Below are positions 35,015-47,933 of a stretch of 64,000 bases of DNA, one piece after another. The stretch is from the NCBI GenBank assembly GCA_030390025.1, contig CM059431.1, positions 121,956,001-122,020,000 of the forward strand, written 5' to 3'. The notes under the pieces are model-generated. The model searched no databases. It was not told where the DNA came from and was given only the letters and a program-made list of their open reading frames with translations. How positions within the stretch are numbered: the stretch's first letter is position 1; each line of letters opens with the position of its first letter. The stretch comes from Squalus acanthias. Taxonomy: Eukaryota. A program made the translations under genes and the position numbers.

Positions 35015-37870
35015 TCAGTGGTATTGGGGGTACGGGAAGAGTGGCCATTGTATGTGGTTCTGACATTGGTCCACTGGTGCAATATAAGTAAACTTTGCAT
35101 TAATAAGTGCATCCCTGGCATCCCAGGGAGCAATGTGAGCAGCTGGTGCTGCATTGCCCTCATCACCTTCCCCCTCCTCCTCGGAATCATCCGCAGACAT
35201 TTTGCACTCTGCATCTTGTTCTTCCTGCAGATCCAAACCTCGCTGCTGTGCAATTTCGTGCAGAGCACAGCACACCATGACCATTTTGGACACCCTGGTG
35301 CATACTGAAGGGCACCTCCAGATCTGTCTATGCACCTGAAGCACATCTTCACCATGCCAATGGCTTGTTTGATCACACATCTAATGGTCTTATGGCATTC
35401 ATTGTCTTACTGTTGGACTTCATTGATTGGGTTTCTGATGGGTGTCATCATCCAAGTTTGAAGTGCATATCCCTTGTCTCCTAGCAGTCACACCTTAAGT
35501 GTGCTTGCAGGTCCAAAGAGTTTGCAAGCTTAGACTGCCACAGGACGAAACCATCATGGCAGCTCCCCAGGAACCTTGTGCACACCTGCAGCAATATATT
35601 TCTATGGTTGCACACCAGCTGCACATTATGGAATGGAAGCCCTTTAGATTCACGAATACTCCTAGCTGATCTGGGGTACGTGGATTGCCATGCATGTGCA
35701 GTCGATGATGCCCTGTACTTGTGGGAAGCCAGCTAGAGACGCAAACCCGAGTGGCCGCTCATTCTGACTGATGCCATCGCAGGTAAAGTTCACATAATTG
35801 CGAGACCTGGCAAACAACTCATCAGACACCTGTCTTATGCATTTGTGGGCCATCAACTGGGAGATCCTGGATATGTCTCTGGCAGAGCCCTGGAAGGACC
35901 TGGAGGCAAATGCATTGAGGATGGCGGTAACTTTGACAACCACTGGTTGTAGAATTCGCAAATTATTGCGATTTAAAAATAATGAGAAAGAGACATACAG
36001 TTTCGTAAACACAGCTTTATTTCAGCAAAATGCTGTCAGGTTTCAAAACGGACACAAGCAGCCTGTAAAATGGCCGCCACGCCTCGTGGCAGAAGGTTCT
36101 AGACTTTCAGCAGGCAGACAAGATGGCGTTTCAATAAACATTTCAGCAAGATCGGACAGGACTCAGCATATTGAGATAAGACAAGACGAGATCGTTTTGC
36201 ATTTTAACACCCAAGCCAGGAATATAAGTGCTGGAATCGGGTTTTTCCATGCACAAATGAGAGCTATTGTACTGGGCAATCAAGGGGCCCATCGAAAAGA
36301 CATTGATACGCAAATTCCCCACGGCTCTACGATGAGAGAGCCGTTCGCGGGTACTCACAGCAAGAATTCGGAGGCCCCCAAAACCCCTCCAGGGAGACTC
36401 CTAGCCGGTTCCACAAGGGGAGAAATATTAACGGGTACTCAGACAGTTACAAGTATCACCGAAACCCATTAACGACAAGTACCACCCCATACAAGAAGTT
36501 TGAGCGCCAAAACATGACAAAATATGGGCATTAAGATTGGGCGGGAGATAAGGAATTACAGTACTATAACTGTAGTGTCCAAACGTCCATCTTTCTCTTA
36601 TTCCTTTGACTCGCTAGAGAACTCTTGACTCTTATTCTCTGATCCGCTGATTTTCCGGGAGTCAACCTCGTGGCTTGCCGCGAAGATCTGTGGAGAGCTG
36701 GTCTGCGAAGGCCTGTAAGCGGGCGCACCATCCCGAGAAGTCGGTAAACGGTGTTGGAATCGAAGGCCCGAGAGGAGATGAGATGAGATGAGAAGAGAGG
36801 AAGACGACTACACGTGCCACCGCGGTCAGTGAGCCCCAACCGCGCTCGATAAATCGGTAACTGCTTCCCAACTGGCATCGGAAGACTGTTCTTCGAGTTC
36901 TACCGACAACTGGTGTCGGGCACAGTAAGACACTTCTTCGAACTGTATCTGGAGTCCGAGGTCAACACAGATCTTCATGACAGCAGACGGTCCAGCCTGC
37001 TAGCCGGAGCAAAGCGAGTAAACAAGTGGGGTACAGGGACCCCTGATCAACACGTGAATAGTCAGGTGCTGTGGTGAAAACATCCGAGCAGCGTTTCGGA
37101 ATTCTCCGAGTTATCACGAGTGGTGAGCATGAGTCTCGATCCTAAAATCTAGATTAGGACAGGTATTGATAGGGGAGGGTTTTTGTTTTAAGGATAATTA
37201 TAATGTGTGTCCCCTTTTACGATGTGTCGTGCTCTCCTCGTTTCCCTAAACCTAGTTTCCTAAATGTATGTAAGCTTGTACTGTCATTAATCTGTGCTTA
37301 TGACATGTATTTCGTAATCTTGAACAATATGCAATAAAGATTTTCCATTTCGTACTATTCAACCGAGTCTACCTGAGTTTTCTCTGCATATTGCTCTCGC
37401 ACCTAAGTCCAGTGTCAGAACCGTAAGGGCGAGTGCGTCGAACCACTCACAGGTGTCTAGTGTTACCAGGCTGGCTGGAGACCAGAACAGGCAACAAGGC
37501 CTAACCCCGCACTAGCACCCAGGCTAAGCACAGAGCCACGCGAACCCCCTTACAGGTAATGCATGGCCACCAAGTCCAGCAGGGAGCAGGCCTTCTTCAG
37601 GACGCGGCATGTGTCTAACACCACCTGACGTGACAACCTGTGTCTCCTGAAGCACTGCTGTTCTGACATGTCAAGGTAACTCAGCCTCTGCCTGTACACT
37701 CTGTGCCTCCTGCTAGCTCCACCCTTCTGCTGCTCCCCTTTCTGCTGCTCCCCACTCTGACGTCCAGCTGCAGGTCTCTCAACAGCAGGCTGCTACTGCT
37801 GTTTCTGCTACTGATGGCCATATTGCTCCTTGTCTGATGTCCGATCTAAGGCAGCCAAGGCACTACTCAT
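35015..37870 (-). pseudogene. Harbinger transposase, frameshifted
   Basis: [38 protein letters not shown] and CIDRSGGALQY in different frames; split by the insertion at 35948-37554. Confidence 0.88.
35948..37554 (+). mobile_element. Solo LTR copy E, inserted in Harbinger transposase
   Basis: TGTAGAA...CCCCCTTACA; only a 3-bp GGT duplication is visible (TGGT / GGTA). Confidence 0.88.
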
Positions 37871-38760
37871 CCTGATGTGATTCAGAAAACCTCCAAAGTG
37901 TAGAAAGTAAACTCTCAGCAAAAGTACAGTGAAGAAACCCTTTCCCACCAGCAGGTAAGAAAGCAGCTGTGACTACTAAGTATCTATTGCTGTATTTCCA
38001 TGAGTTTTGATCGGCCCCCTCAATTGCCGTTGCGTTGTCGCCTTGCTTTCACCGACGAGTTTCAGGAAGCCCGGGAAACCCGTGGATGCGATGTTAAATT
38101 TAAAACTATGTTGAAATATCGCTTCAATTGAGCGATTACCATGAGTTAATGGGCAACCCGCCTCTCCCGAGGGGGTTGCAACCAGACTAATGCGCCCTAG
38201 TTAAACGCTGAAGTCAATGACTTGGAGCCGGATTCCTGACGCGCTTGCAATTCTGCCGGATTTAACCTCCCCTCCCGCTCCCAAACCCACGTGTTCCTCC
38301 AGGTTAAAACTCACCACTTGATCTCAGCCGGGGCAGAAATTGGGATCTTCAATTGACCTCAATACCCCTGAGCTGGGGGAGGAAAGAAAGTCAGCTAATG
38401 TCCCCACTCCAGATTGCTATCTAGCAACCAATGCTGAGAAGTGTGCATTTGTAGATATCTGATTCGGACAGGATTCAGTCTGATCTATGATGCCCCCATA
38501 GTGAAAGAGCCTGCTGATGTTTACAATCTAGTTTCATGCACTAAAAATGACCACTTGGACCAAGTAAAGAGAACTTCCAGAAAATGTGGATCACAGAAAA
38601 GCAAGAGACAATGCTTTTCAGGAGAGGGAAGAGAAATAGGGGAAGAAATGTTTATAGATGTAGTTTTATTACAAAGTCTTGACTGAAAGTGAGAATCAGA
38701 TAACAATTGTGAGTTTACAAGAATTTTTAGATTGAGGCCAACTTTGCTTTACCACGGAAT

Positions 38761-39655
38761 TAGAAACATAGAAACATAGAAAATAGGTACAGGAGTAGAC
38801 CATTCGGTCCTTCGAGCCTGCACCGCCATTCAATGCGTTCATGGCTGAACATGCTACCTCAGTACCCCATTCCTGCTTTCTCGCCATACCCCTTGATCCC
38901 CCTAGTTGTGAGTGTTATATCTAACTCCCTTTTGAATATATTTAGCGAACTGGCCTCAACAACCTTCTGTGGAAGAGAATTCCATAGATTCACCACTCTC
39001 TGGGTGAAGAAGTTCCTCCTCAGCTCAGTCTTAAATGGCTTCCCCTTAATCCTTAGACTGTGACCCCTGGTTCTAGTTTTCCCTAACATTGGGAACATTC
39101 TGCCCGCATCTAATTTGTCTAAACCAGTCAGGATTTTAAATGTCTCTATAAGATCCCCCCTCATTCTTCTGAACTCCAGAGGATACAAGTTCAGTTGACC
39201 CAATCTTTCTTGATATGTCAGTCCGGCCATCCCAGGAATCAATCTAGTGAACCTTCGCTGCACTCCCTCAATAGCAAGAATGTCCTTCCTTAAGTTAGGA
39301 GACCAAAACTGCGCACAATACTCCAGGTGTGGCCTCACCAAGGCCCTGTACAACTGCAGCATCACCTCCCTACTCCTGTACTCAAATCCCCTTACTATGA
39401 AGGCCATCATTCCGTTTGCTTTCTTGACTGCCTGCTGCACTTGCATTCCCACCTTCAGTGACTGATGTACCATGACGCCCAGGTCTCGTTGCACCTCCCC
39501 TTTCCCTAATCTGCCACCATTCAGGTAATAGTCCGCCTCTCTATTTTTACCACCAAAGTGGATAACCTCACATTTATCCACATTGTACTTCATCTGCCAT
39601 ACATTTGCCCATTCACCCAATCTGTCCAAGTCACTCTGTAGCCTCCTAGCATCCT
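38761..39655 (-). mobile_element. CR1 LINE, 5'-truncated
   Basis: ORF 38859-39710 carries RT C-terminal motifs (LQSDLDRLGEWANVWQM, LVRPHLEYCAQFWSP); (TTTCTATG)n tail on minus at 38761-38780. Confidence 0.92.
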
Positions 39656-39675
39656 GGTAAAAATGTTTTGCTTTG

Positions 39676-40354
39676 TGTAAGACATGCGGAATTACCCCTC
39701 GCCCTGTCAAACAGTTTATGGAGTTCAGACCCGTGGAACAGACAACACAAAACCCAAGGATTTCAGGGAAAAACTTTATTTTACTTAAAAATCAGCAGGA
39801 GATTACCAGTAAGCTTCTAATAGTATTGTTGCGTATAACAATTCCCGATTATACTTAAATATACACAGATCTAGTCCTTTACCTAAACTCAAGTGATCAT
39901 AAGCAAACACCACATACGTGCTAACACCAGTGAGTGGTCGGTTCGGCGATGACTAGACGTACGACTTTAACTGGCAACTGACCAAGTTGCCCCGACTGCA
40001 GCTCCGAGTGTCTTTTAGCAGCACTTTTTATACCCCAAAACCTGGGCAGGCCCCTCAATGTGTATGTGTCTTAAACTGTGTGACAAATGGTCGGCAGTTG
40101 TTTTCCTCTTCTTCTTATCACCTAGTCAGTTAATCAGTGGGCCCCAAGGCCGTTCACACCATTTGCCTGAAGATGTTCCAGTCTTTGTAATGCCCAACCG
40201 TTTGTTCCTGCTCAGGGCCTGTCGCTTCCTTATCTGATTAAAAACTTGCAGCCGCAGCAATTTTATTTTAACATTTGTTCATTCTCTTGTCCTCTCAAGG
40301 CATGCTGGTACATTAACTTTGGTCAACTTTTACAGTAAATGATGTATTCTTACA
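39676..40354 (-). repeat. ERV-B 3' LTR
   Basis: TGTAAG...CTTACA ends; minus-strand TATAAAA at ~40026-40032 and AATAAA at 39775-39780; preceded on minus by GCGGGTGGAC. Confidence 0.93.
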
Positions 40355-41902
40355 GTCCACCCGCAAGTGGCTGTGCACCCAAATCTTCGGTCACAGGCAC
40401 TTACACTTTGTAGTCATTATCTTCTTCCTTCGGCGTCTTCTGTAACAGCTTGACCAACTCTCGTTGCTTGCATCACCAGTTAACACGGCAGGTTATTATC
40501 AATAGATATAACACAATCACCAACTGAACAATGACCAAAACATGGGAGGTAATCCTTATCCAAGGAAGAACCTCGATATTCGTACCGATATTCCACCAGG
40601 ACGAATCTTCCCTGACCTAAGGGATTGCTTTATGCAGTTCACGGGTTTCCTGGGCCAAGGTATAATAGTGCTTTTGGGACTGACTAACGTGTTTCATTAA
40701 CTCTACCAAGTGTTCCGGCAGTGGTGGAATGTCATAGCCGAACCGAGTTATGTACTGTTGTAAATGCTCTTTTATCTCATATTTTACATCGATATCTACT
40801 TGCCTATGTGAATAAATAGTTAACAAAACCCACGCCCCAAGTCTCACAGGTTGGACTGGGGTAAAACAAAAACTTCTCATCGCAACAGGACAAGTCAGGT
40901 TGTTACCATACTGGTACTCCCGGTGCATGGTAGTGACACAATATTCACCCCTCCCTTGATGCGCAGATCGTATGGGGAATTGCTGTCCCGCAATCACTTT
41001 CATGGTACAGTTCCATTCTATCCCATCCCAATCAAATCCACACACAGGGACTGCGTGTTCTACCACGTCATATGGACAGATGAATGTATCCTGAGCTTGA
41101 GCACACCCGGTAAGATCTAAGGCCACCCATGTGGTCCCATCCACTCAGGTCATGTACTTTGGGGGTTTGTCATACCTTATCAAGTGATCACCCTTGCGTA
41201 CTCCTACGTTCTCCACACAAAACAGAGGATTTGGGGTCGCTTTTTTGGGCAAAATGGGATAAAATAATATCATCCCTAACATGGTGATGTTGTTCTGCTC
41301 CTGCCTATGGCACCCGTGTTTCACTGGGTATACCGATACCAACCCTCTGACTTGGCACATAGTCATGGTAAGTTGGTAAGTGAACATTACCCTCAGATGT
41401 CGATCAGTCACCCACGAGGGGAATTTCCCCTCAGCAATGCGCTGTAGGTTTTCTCAGGCTTGTTCCACTAACTAAGACCTATACATTACACATATATCAT
41501 TTCGCGTGGCCTCACCAGAGGCTTTCCATTCCTCCATCAAGATTTGATTTATCTTTTTAGCATGGGATTCTAAATGTTGAACCACATCCTGCAGGTGGAT
41601 GGTCACAATTTTTCCCTCCTTCAATTGCTCCTGTTCCAAACCACTCATTTTATCCAAAATATTTCCTTAACGTATTTCTGACCGCCTTTACGGATTGATC
41701 TAGGCTGACCAAATCAAAGCTATTAATGAGGGAGGTTCCAGTGTTAAAAACAGTTGCAGCATCATTTATCAGTCCCCATTGCCTTCTGATATGGTCCCCT
41801 TTAATCCCATAACCGGCATTGTCTTCGTCAATGACCTCGGTACTATTTTCCCCAAAAGTATTGGTAGACCCATTACCATCCCTAGGGCGCTTGCGGCCCT
41901 TG

Positions 41903-42030
41903 AGAAAGGAATAGAAGGTTATGGTGATGGGGTGAGATGAGGAGGGGTGGGAGGAGGCTCGTGTGGAGCAGAAACACCGGCACGGACCAGTGGGGCCGAA
42001 TGGCCTGTTTCTGTGCTGTAGACTCGATAT
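41903..42030 (+). mobile_element. Short CR1-type 3'-end fragment inside ERV-B env
   Basis: GAAGGTTATGG...GGCCGAATGGCCTGTTTCTGTGCTGTA resembles CR1 3' ends elsewhere in the window. Confidence 0.6.
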
Positions 42031-42764
42031 CAGCTCTAATACCGATTCCACCAGTGTTGTGCTGGCCCTTTCCCAAAATCCCTTTATTAATTCACGCATT
42101 ATTCTCACGTATAACCGTGCTGTCTCTGGCTTGCAGCAATTCGGCAGACCCACCTTGGTTCAATGCTACCGGCACGACCTCGTGATGCACATCATGGTAC
42201 TATCATCTGAGTTGGGACTACTACTAGTCCATTTATTGGTCCTGGGGTGTGTTTGGGGCAAGCAACCTGAGTCGCATGATGCATTTCCCGCGGTTGTGTT
42301 TTATTCATGGGGGGAGGAGTTTTCGGACGAACCTTTAATTCTACTGCATATATAACCGCACTTCCGTCACCAAATCCCTCTACGTGATAGGTGCTAACAC
42401 TGGTACTGTTACTATACCATTGGTAGGGTTCCTTAGCCCTATTGTAGATAAACATCGTGCAGCTGGTCACATCCCTTTCAATTGCGGACAAGCCGTGCGA
42501 GTCAACCGACTTGAACCCATCTGTTACCACACTTGGGCTTACACATCTGTAAATTCCCTTATGATTTTTCCACCATCGGGGCCAACACAACAGGGTATAC
42601 CCAGTGCCCTGGGATTGGGTCGGGCTTCCTACGATTCCCTGAGGGTTCCCTATTTGATAGTACCTTGAATGATTGCTGGTTTCAGCCTGTAAGAACCACA
42701 CCCTTGGCCAGTGGGTGGGATGATTTTTACATTTTATGCATACCCCCCTTCCTTCTTGGACCTC

Positions 42765-43874
42765 AATGAGAAGTCGCACAACACCAGGTTATAGTCCAAC
42801 AGATTTATTTAATTTTACAAGCTTTCGGAGCTGTCGCTCCTTCCTCAGGTAAGTTAGCAGTGAGAGAATCTCCCAGAATTCACAATTTAAACACAGACAA
42901 AATCTATTCAAATATTTCCCTACATCAAAGACACACTAAGAGCACAGCCAAGACAATGAGATGTGTCCCAGGGGGTCCAACGTGTCAAACCACCTGCTGG
43001 CTGCATATCCTGTCAATTTGTGTTGGTTTCTTGTGTTAGTCTTTTTAAAAAAAAACACCTGGGAAGACCGGCCATGATGTCAAGTCACGTTCTGTATCGT
43101 GACATGAACCCGATATCGCGATTGAGGCCATCCTCATGAGTGCGGAACTTGGCTATCAGTTTCTGCTCTATGATTTTGCGCTGTCGTGTATCCCGAAGGC
43201 CGCCTTGGAGGACGCTTACCCGCAGATCCGAGGCTGAATGCCCCTGGCTGCTGAAGTGTTCCCCGACTGGGAGGCAACCCTCCTGCCTGGCGATTGTTGC
43301 GCGGTGTCCGTTCATACGTTGTCTCAGTGTCTGCATGGTCTCGCCGATGTACCATGCTCTGGAGCATCCTTTACTGCAACGTATCAGGTAGACAACGTTG
43401 GCCGAGTCACATGAGTATGTACCGTGTACCTGGTGGGTAGTGTCCTCACGTGTGATGATGGTATCTGTGTCCATGATTTGGCATGTCTTGCAGAGGTTGC
43501 CGTGGCAGGGTTGTGTGGTGTCTTGGTTGCTGTTCTCCTGAAAGATGGGTAATCTGCTGCGAACGATGGTACTTTTGAGGTTAGGCGGCTGCTTGAAGGC
43601 GAGTAGTGGAGGCGTGGGGATGGCCTTAGCAAGGTGTTCGTCGTCATCGATGACATGTTGAAGGCTGCGAAGAACATGGCGTATTTTTTCCGCTCCGGGG
43701 AAGTACTGGACGACGTAGGGTACTCTGTTGGTTGTGTCCCGTGTTCGTCTTCTGAGGAGGTCTATGCGGTTTTTCGCTGTGGCCCGTCGGAACTGTCGAT
43801 CGACGAGTCGAGCGTCATATCCCGTTCTTACGAGGGCGTCTTTCAGTGTCCGTAGGTGTCCATCGCGTTCCTCC
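42765..43874 (-). mobile_element. Penelope-like element, 5'-truncated (GIY-YIG endonuclease plus pLTR), inside ERV-B env
   Basis: ORF 43085-43474: NVVYLIRC...WYIGET...LRQRMNGH...GLNRD; 11-bp TSD TCTTGGACCTC at 42754-42764 and 43875-43885. Confidence 0.92.
42823..42848 (-). ncRNA. Minimal hammerhead ribozyme-like core in Penelope pLTR
   Basis: Minus strand CTGAGGA-AGGAGC-GACA-GCTCC-GAAA-GCT: CUGANGA box, stem II and GAAA box. Confidence 0.7.
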
Positions 43875-44127
43875 TCTTGGACCTCGTAAGTGGTAACCCA
43901 TACGGTTCCCGAACACGCGGTTTCGCAATGACCCTTAATGGACTGGAGGGTAATGTTTCGAGCGGTGCCTCGGGGTGGTGCCTCCGGGGCAACTGTGATC
44001 GAATTATTGTAGGGCTAGTAGCTAGTGGTGGTCCAATATGCTGAATAGGCTGATGTTGAATCTTCTAGATGGAGCAAAATCACGATCATTGGCCAGAATA
44101 ATTCCTTCATTTTATATATCTTCTTGC

Positions 44128-44159
44128 CTGTGGGGATAAGGGACAAAACGGAATGTTAC
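44128..44159 (-). promoter_or_regulatory. Putative env splice acceptor
   Basis: GTAAC-ATTCCGTTTTGTCCCTTATCCCCACAG|G, 17 nt upstream of the ATG at 44110. Confidence 0.65.
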
Positions 44160-46198
44160 TCCCGGCCTTGCACCCTATAACTACCCATTAATTCAGGCCT
44201 TCATTACTGATTTTTATTACTACACATTTTATTATTGGTCAATTTCACCTCCTACCACTGACGATATCTCAAGGGTGTCTTTTTATTTCTTTTATTGCGT
44301 CATTGGATGGGAGGGGTCTGTTGGGCTCGTCTGTGAGCATGGGTTAGTTCCGGGTCTGGGGTCGGAGAGGCTAGTATAACTCCTCTTGTGCCCTGTCCAT
44401 TTTCACCTGGACCATGCTGTACCTGTGGAGGTGCCATTTCAGGCAACGGCGCTTCATTGGGTGGGGTTGCCCCGTTAGGCACCCCTTCTTCATCATCCAC
44501 TGGAGAGGATGAATTCTTCTCACCATGCTCATGATTGTAGCTTGCTGTCTTCTTGACCTGCTAGTGGGCTGGAAAAGCTTCATCTGATTAATGTGAAACC
44601 ATTTGATTTTCTTAGGTAGTTGAACCGCGTACACCATAGGACTAGCTTTGTCGACAATGCTATACGGCCCCTTGTAGAGGGGTTCAAAGATTCCCACCCT
44701 CGTATAGTTTCGTACCATCACCTGGCTCCCTACTTCCCACTCCTGGGGTTTACTCGGAGCCAAGTGTAGTTGGTTGCGTCGGTGTGCCTTCCCAATGTTG
44801 TGGGCGGCCCTCAGGTTCAACTCCTTTAAGGTTTCCTAAAGGTTGTTTAAGAATTTATCCCGAGTCACCTCCTTAATCTGCTTGTCAGTCAAAGTGGGGA
44901 CCAATAAGCGGGTGGGGGTTCGCATGGGTCTCCCCGTTACTAATTCGTGAGCGGAGTCACCCGTCCCTTTGGACCTATTACTATGTATTCCCATAAGAAT
45001 TAGGGGAAGTACTTCATCCCACTTAGCGTGTTGTTCATTCAGTTCTTTTCGCAGGGCTAATTTTAACATACGGTTCATCCTCTCTACGATTCCTGACGAC
45101 TGCGGGTTGTGGGTCATGTGCCATTTTACCTCAATCCCGAGCAATTTCAGGGTGGCTTGCATCACCTTACCTGTAAAGTGATTCTCTTGATCTGATTCTA
45201 CCACACAAGGGAGACCCCATCTAGAGAATACCTCCCTGACTAGGGTGTTGGCAGTCCACAGCGCAGTGGCCGACCTGAATGGAAATGCTTCTACCCATTT
45301 GGTGAAATTATCCACCAGAACCAAGCAATATTTATTGCCCTTCTTAGTGGTGTGCAAGGGTCCAATAAAATCTATCTGGGCACACTGCCACGCTCCCTCT
45401 GGTCGACGGGTATGTCCTTTTATGTGGGTCAGGATTGCTAGCTGCACAGACAAGACAACTTTTACAATATTTCGCTACGTCTTCCCTCAGATGGGGCCAC
45501 CACCCCACCTCCTCAACTCGCTTCCAAGTTGTCCAGTCCCCGGTCCCCCATGCACAAGCTGCATAAATTCCTCCCGATATCCCTCAGGCACAATCCACTT
45601 GTCCCCTTTGAACAACATGCTATCGCTAGCCTCCACATCACTGGCGCCGTAGGGTCCTTCCACAGACTGGCCTGCCTCCTTTTCTCCAAGGACTGCCTTC
45701 AGTACAATATTGTTTGACTGCACTGTTTTGAGATCCAACGGGAGTGGGACAGTATCAGCTACTGGTGTTGCGGCTGCCACAATTCCCGCTTGATACGGGT
45801 CCCACAGGACCCCTTGTTCCGCCCTCGTCCGAGCTAATTCATTTGCTCTCCTGTTCCCCTCCCATCTGGGCTCGATTTTAGAGTGCGCTTTTACTTTATG
45901 TATGTAGTAGTCCTCACCTCCCTTTCCTACGGCTTCCACGATCGTCCAAAAATCGCCAAATACTCTGTGCAGGAATTGCAGGTGAACATGGAGTTAGAAC
46001 AGATCATATAAGGCGGGGGAAACTCGGTGGGATGCGTTACTACATAAGTTAGGGCTGCCAATTCTGCCTGTTGAGCACTGAGAGTGGTGGGCAACTTAAT
46101 CGCCACTCCCCCCCCCCTTTCTGTGGGTCATAAATTCCACACCCTGTTTTACATTCCCCCTTCTCCACAAAACTAGACCCATCTACATATATATCTCT

Positions 46199-47300
46199 CT
46201 TCTTCTTAGGCAGTCCCTCGGAACCGATGATGACGTGCTTCCACACTAAAGATGAGTTCTCAGGTGACTGATGAGTCCAATGCGGGACCTACAGTCTCTG
46301 TCACAGGTGGGGCAGACGATGGTTGAAGGGGCGGGTGGGTGGGGTGCTTGGGTTGATGTGCGCTCCTTGCGTTGCTTATGCTTGGCTTCCGCTTGCTCCC
46401 AGCGAAGAGACTCGAGGTGTTCGGCGCCTTCCCGGCTGCTTCTCCTCCGCTTTGTACGGGATTCCCAGGTGTCGGTGGGGATGTTGCACTTTTTCAAGGA
46501 GGCTTTGAGGGTGTCCTTGAAGCGTTTCCTCTGCACACCTGGGGCTCTCTTGCCGTGTCGGAGCTCCAAGTAGAGCGTTTGCTTTGGGAGTCTCGTATTG
46601 GGCATGCGGGCGATGTGACCCGTTCATCGGAGCTGATCGAGTGTGGTCAAAGCTTCGATGCTGGGGATGTTGGCCTGAGCGAGAACACTGACGTTGGTGC
46701 GCCTATCCAGCCAGTGGATTTGCAGGATCTTGCGGAGGCAGCGTTGGTGGTACCTCTCCAGTGCTTTGAGGTGCCTGCTGTACATGGTCCATGTCTCTGA
46801 GGCATACAGGAGGGCGGGTATCACTACTGCTCTGTAGACCATGAACTTGGTGCTGGGTTTGAGGTCCTGGTCTTCAAACACTCTCTTCCTCAGGCGACCG
46901 AAGGCTGCACTGGCGCACTGAAGGTGGTGTTGGACTTCGTCATCGACGTCTGCCCTTGTTGACAGTAGGCTCCCGAGGTATGGAAAGTGGTCCACGTTGT
47001 CCAAGACCTCGTCGTGGTTTTGATAATCGGGGGGCAGTACTGTGTGGCGGGGGCAGTTTGGTAGAGGACCTTGTCTTATGGATGTTTAGTGTAAGGCCCA
47101 TGCTCTCGTATGCTTTGGTGAAGGTGTTGACGATGGTTTGGAGTTCGACCTCCGAGTGTGCGCAGACGCAAGCGCCGTCTGCATACTGTAATTCGACGAC
47201 AGAGGATGGGACGACCTTGGATCTGGACTGGAGGCAACGGAGGTTGAACAGTTTCCCGTTTGTTCTGTAAATTAGCTCCACTCCAGTGGGGAGCTTACTG
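46199..47300 (-). mobile_element. RTE-clade LINE, 5'-truncated, inserted in the pol RNase H
   Basis: LQYADG, FPYLGSLL, C-terminal CPTC...HLRTH finger, (AAG)n tail; 11-bp TSD TATATATCTCT at 46188-46198 and 47301-47311. Confidence 0.92.
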
Positions 47301-47933
47301 TATATATCTCTACCATAAGGGTGGACACCGGATTTGAATCCGCCTTCTGTTTCCCACACCCCTTCTACTGTACAGGTGTGAGATTCGCCCTGGTAGTTGA
47401 GGTAAGCTGCTAGCTTTGGCTCCCTTAACACCCTTACCCTCAGATCCTTCCCTCCTAACTATAGGGTCCACGTAGCTACCCGAGTGCTTGACACCATTCC
47501 CTCTTTAATTCGGCCTTCCAACAGGAGACAGGTTGGCGTGTGGTGGGTGAGGAGAATGATGGGTTGGGTTCCCGTGAGTATGGCAAAATGCTTTACCGCC
47601 CAGAATGTGGCAAACAAGTGGCTCTCACAGTTAGAAAATCCCTTCTCCAACTCCGATATCACCCTGGAGGCATACGCTACCGGTCTCAGACACCCATTTA
47701 CTTCCTGCATTAAAACAGCTCCCAAACTGGTGTCAAGAAAGAAGTCCTTTGTAGGGTCTACCGCCCCCAGAGCTGGGGCTGTCTGTAGATTCCTTTTCAA
47801 CTTTACTAAAGCCTCCTCACAGTGCTCATCCCATTCCCAGTCTACTCCTTTTCACAGCAATCTCAGCAGAGGAGCTACCGTGGCTGCATAATTCTCAATA
47901 AATTCTCTACAGTACCCTGTCAGACCCAGGAAC

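Larger units (their letters stand above)
34262..38317 (-). mobile_element. Harbinger transposon, decayed, interrupted by solo LTR E
   Basis: Transposase remnants on minus; 34262-34750 resembles the Myb-gene last-exon region at 410-900; GC-rich subterminal region to ~38317. Boundaries are approximate. Confidence 0.75.
40401..44110 (-). pseudogene. env: ERV-B envelope glycoprotein (signal peptide, Ig-like domain, F-like fusion subunit, TM), disrupted
   Basis: Signal-like IFWPMIVILLHLEDSTSA; IRRQW|GLINDAATVF (likely a decayed RRQR furin site); heptads; Cys-rich region; TM IRITSHVLVIVQLVIVLYLLII; stop at 40401-40403. Confidence 0.85.
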
